36,198 nucleotides of DNA, taken from the IMG/VR virus record IMGVR_UViG_2529292906_000018; one strand, written 5' to 3'. The DNA is from a virus (Duplodnaviria > Heunggongvirae > Uroviricota > Caudoviricetes). The position numbers and the translations under genes are program-made. The notes beneath the pieces are model-generated. The model made no database searches. It saw only the letters and a list, made by a program, of their open reading frames with translations, and was not told the DNA's origin. Shown in pieces: positions 35,511 through 36,198 of this stretch (position 1 is the first letter of the stretch; the number at the start of each line of letters is the position of its first letter).

Positions 35511-35606
35511 AACTAATGCTAAAAATCATTATATAGAGAAAGTCATGTTTAAATCTTAGAGAATACAACCTAGAATAGTGCAAGCACTACAATAAGAGAG
35601 GTCGCT

Positions 35607-35867
35607 ATGTTCCGTTGTCCGCTTTGTGGCGCATCTGCCCGTATCCGCACCAGTCGTCCGGAAAATGATTCAAACACCGTGAGACAAAAGTATTATCAGT
35701 GTAACAATCTAGAATGCGGCGTATGTTTCTCAACACTGGAAGCCTTCCACAAATTCACTTCAAAGCACGCCTCCCCCATTCACTCATCAGAGGGCATCCC
35801 GTGGCATGAACTGCCAACTTCACACAGAGGAAACAATCAGATGAGTTTGCCCTTACCTCAGAATTAA
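35607..35867 (+). CDS. ogr: late gene transcriptional activator Ogr (zinc-finger)
   Basis: MFRCPLCGASARIRTSR...YYQCNNLECGVCF matches P2 Ogr (MFHCPLCQHAAHARTSR...YHQCQNVNCSATF) as recalled, C-x2-C...C-x4-C; AGAGAGG SD. Confidence 0.85.
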   Translation: MFRCPLCGASARIRTSRPENDSNTVRQKYYQCNNLECGVCFSTLEAFHKFTSKHASPIHSSEGIPWHELPTSHRGNNQMSLPLPQN

Positions 35868-36057
35868 CGAGCAGAATTGCCGGAGTAACAAAAAAGCGAT
35901 AGATTACGCGCGGGTGCCTTTCGGCTGATGGTCGGAGGGAATACCTGAAGGCCAGATGTGGAAAGGCCCCGGAAAACATTTTTGTTTAACCGAGGCCCTA
36001 ACCGTCTACCCTAAGCAAGTGATAGGTTAGCGCCTCCCCGAAAAAGGAGCAAGCGCT

Positions 36058-36198
36058 ATGTCGCAAAAATCGCTTACGGCCATCACGTTCTGCGTGACGG
36101 CAATCCTCATCATCTGGATGCTGCACGGTTCGCTGTGCGAAATACGGATGAGCTTCTGGGGAGCGGAGTTTGCGGCGTTCTTACAGTGTAAGCAGTAA
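36058..36198 (+). CDS. Hok/Gef-family type I toxin-like small membrane peptide (46 aa)
   Basis: MSQKSLTAITFCVTAILIIWMLHGSLCEIR...AAFLQCKQ has the Hok-family hydrophobic helix plus SLCEIR and AAFL motifs; AAGGAG SD; complete with TAA at window end. Confidence 0.65.
   Translation: MSQKSLTAITFCVTAILIIWMLHGSLCEIRMSFWGAEFAAFLQCKQ

Larger units (their letters stand above)
100..35900. mobile_element. P2-like temperate prophage (int through ogr); boundaries approximate, att core not located
   Basis: Complete P2-type gene set in prophage order recognised from ORF translations: int, C, cox-like, A, Q, P, O, N, M, L, X, lysis, R, S, V, W, J, I, H, G, U, T, E, FII, FI, D, ogr. Confidence 0.85.

Overview
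Nearly the whole window is one P2-like temperate prophage (about 35.8 kb) of an enterobacterial host, read from ORF translations and synteny. Order left to right: a cargo ORF, integrase and C repressor (minus strand), the switch operator, a cox-like gene, small early ORFs, replication gene A, a parM/parR partition module with an orphan ORF (the slot where P2 carries tin/old), a cos-proximal non-coding region, portal Q and terminase P (minus), capsid genes O-N-M-L-X, a lysis cassette (holin, M15-peptidase endolysin, Rz/Rz1-like spanins), tail and baseplate genes R-S-V-W-J-I-H-G, a multi-cassette tail-fibre inversion region with a Hin/Gin-family invertase, then U-T-E(E')-FII-FI on the minus strand (inverted relative to canonical P2), D, a ~3.4 kb AT-rich island, ogr, and a hok-like toxin gene at the right edge. 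The most novel-looking locus is the AT-rich island at 32105-35606, which holds a 4-TM membrane ORF and a ~760 aa ORF with no motif I can recognise; they may be one ~1040 aa protein. Five genes (A, P, D, one fibre cassette, the island ORFs) are split by -1 shifts at A/T homopolymers, which most simply indicates homopolymer under-calling in the assembly rather than biology. No tRNA, rRNA or CRISPR array was seen. Nothing here was checked against a database; family assignments rest on remembered protein sequences.
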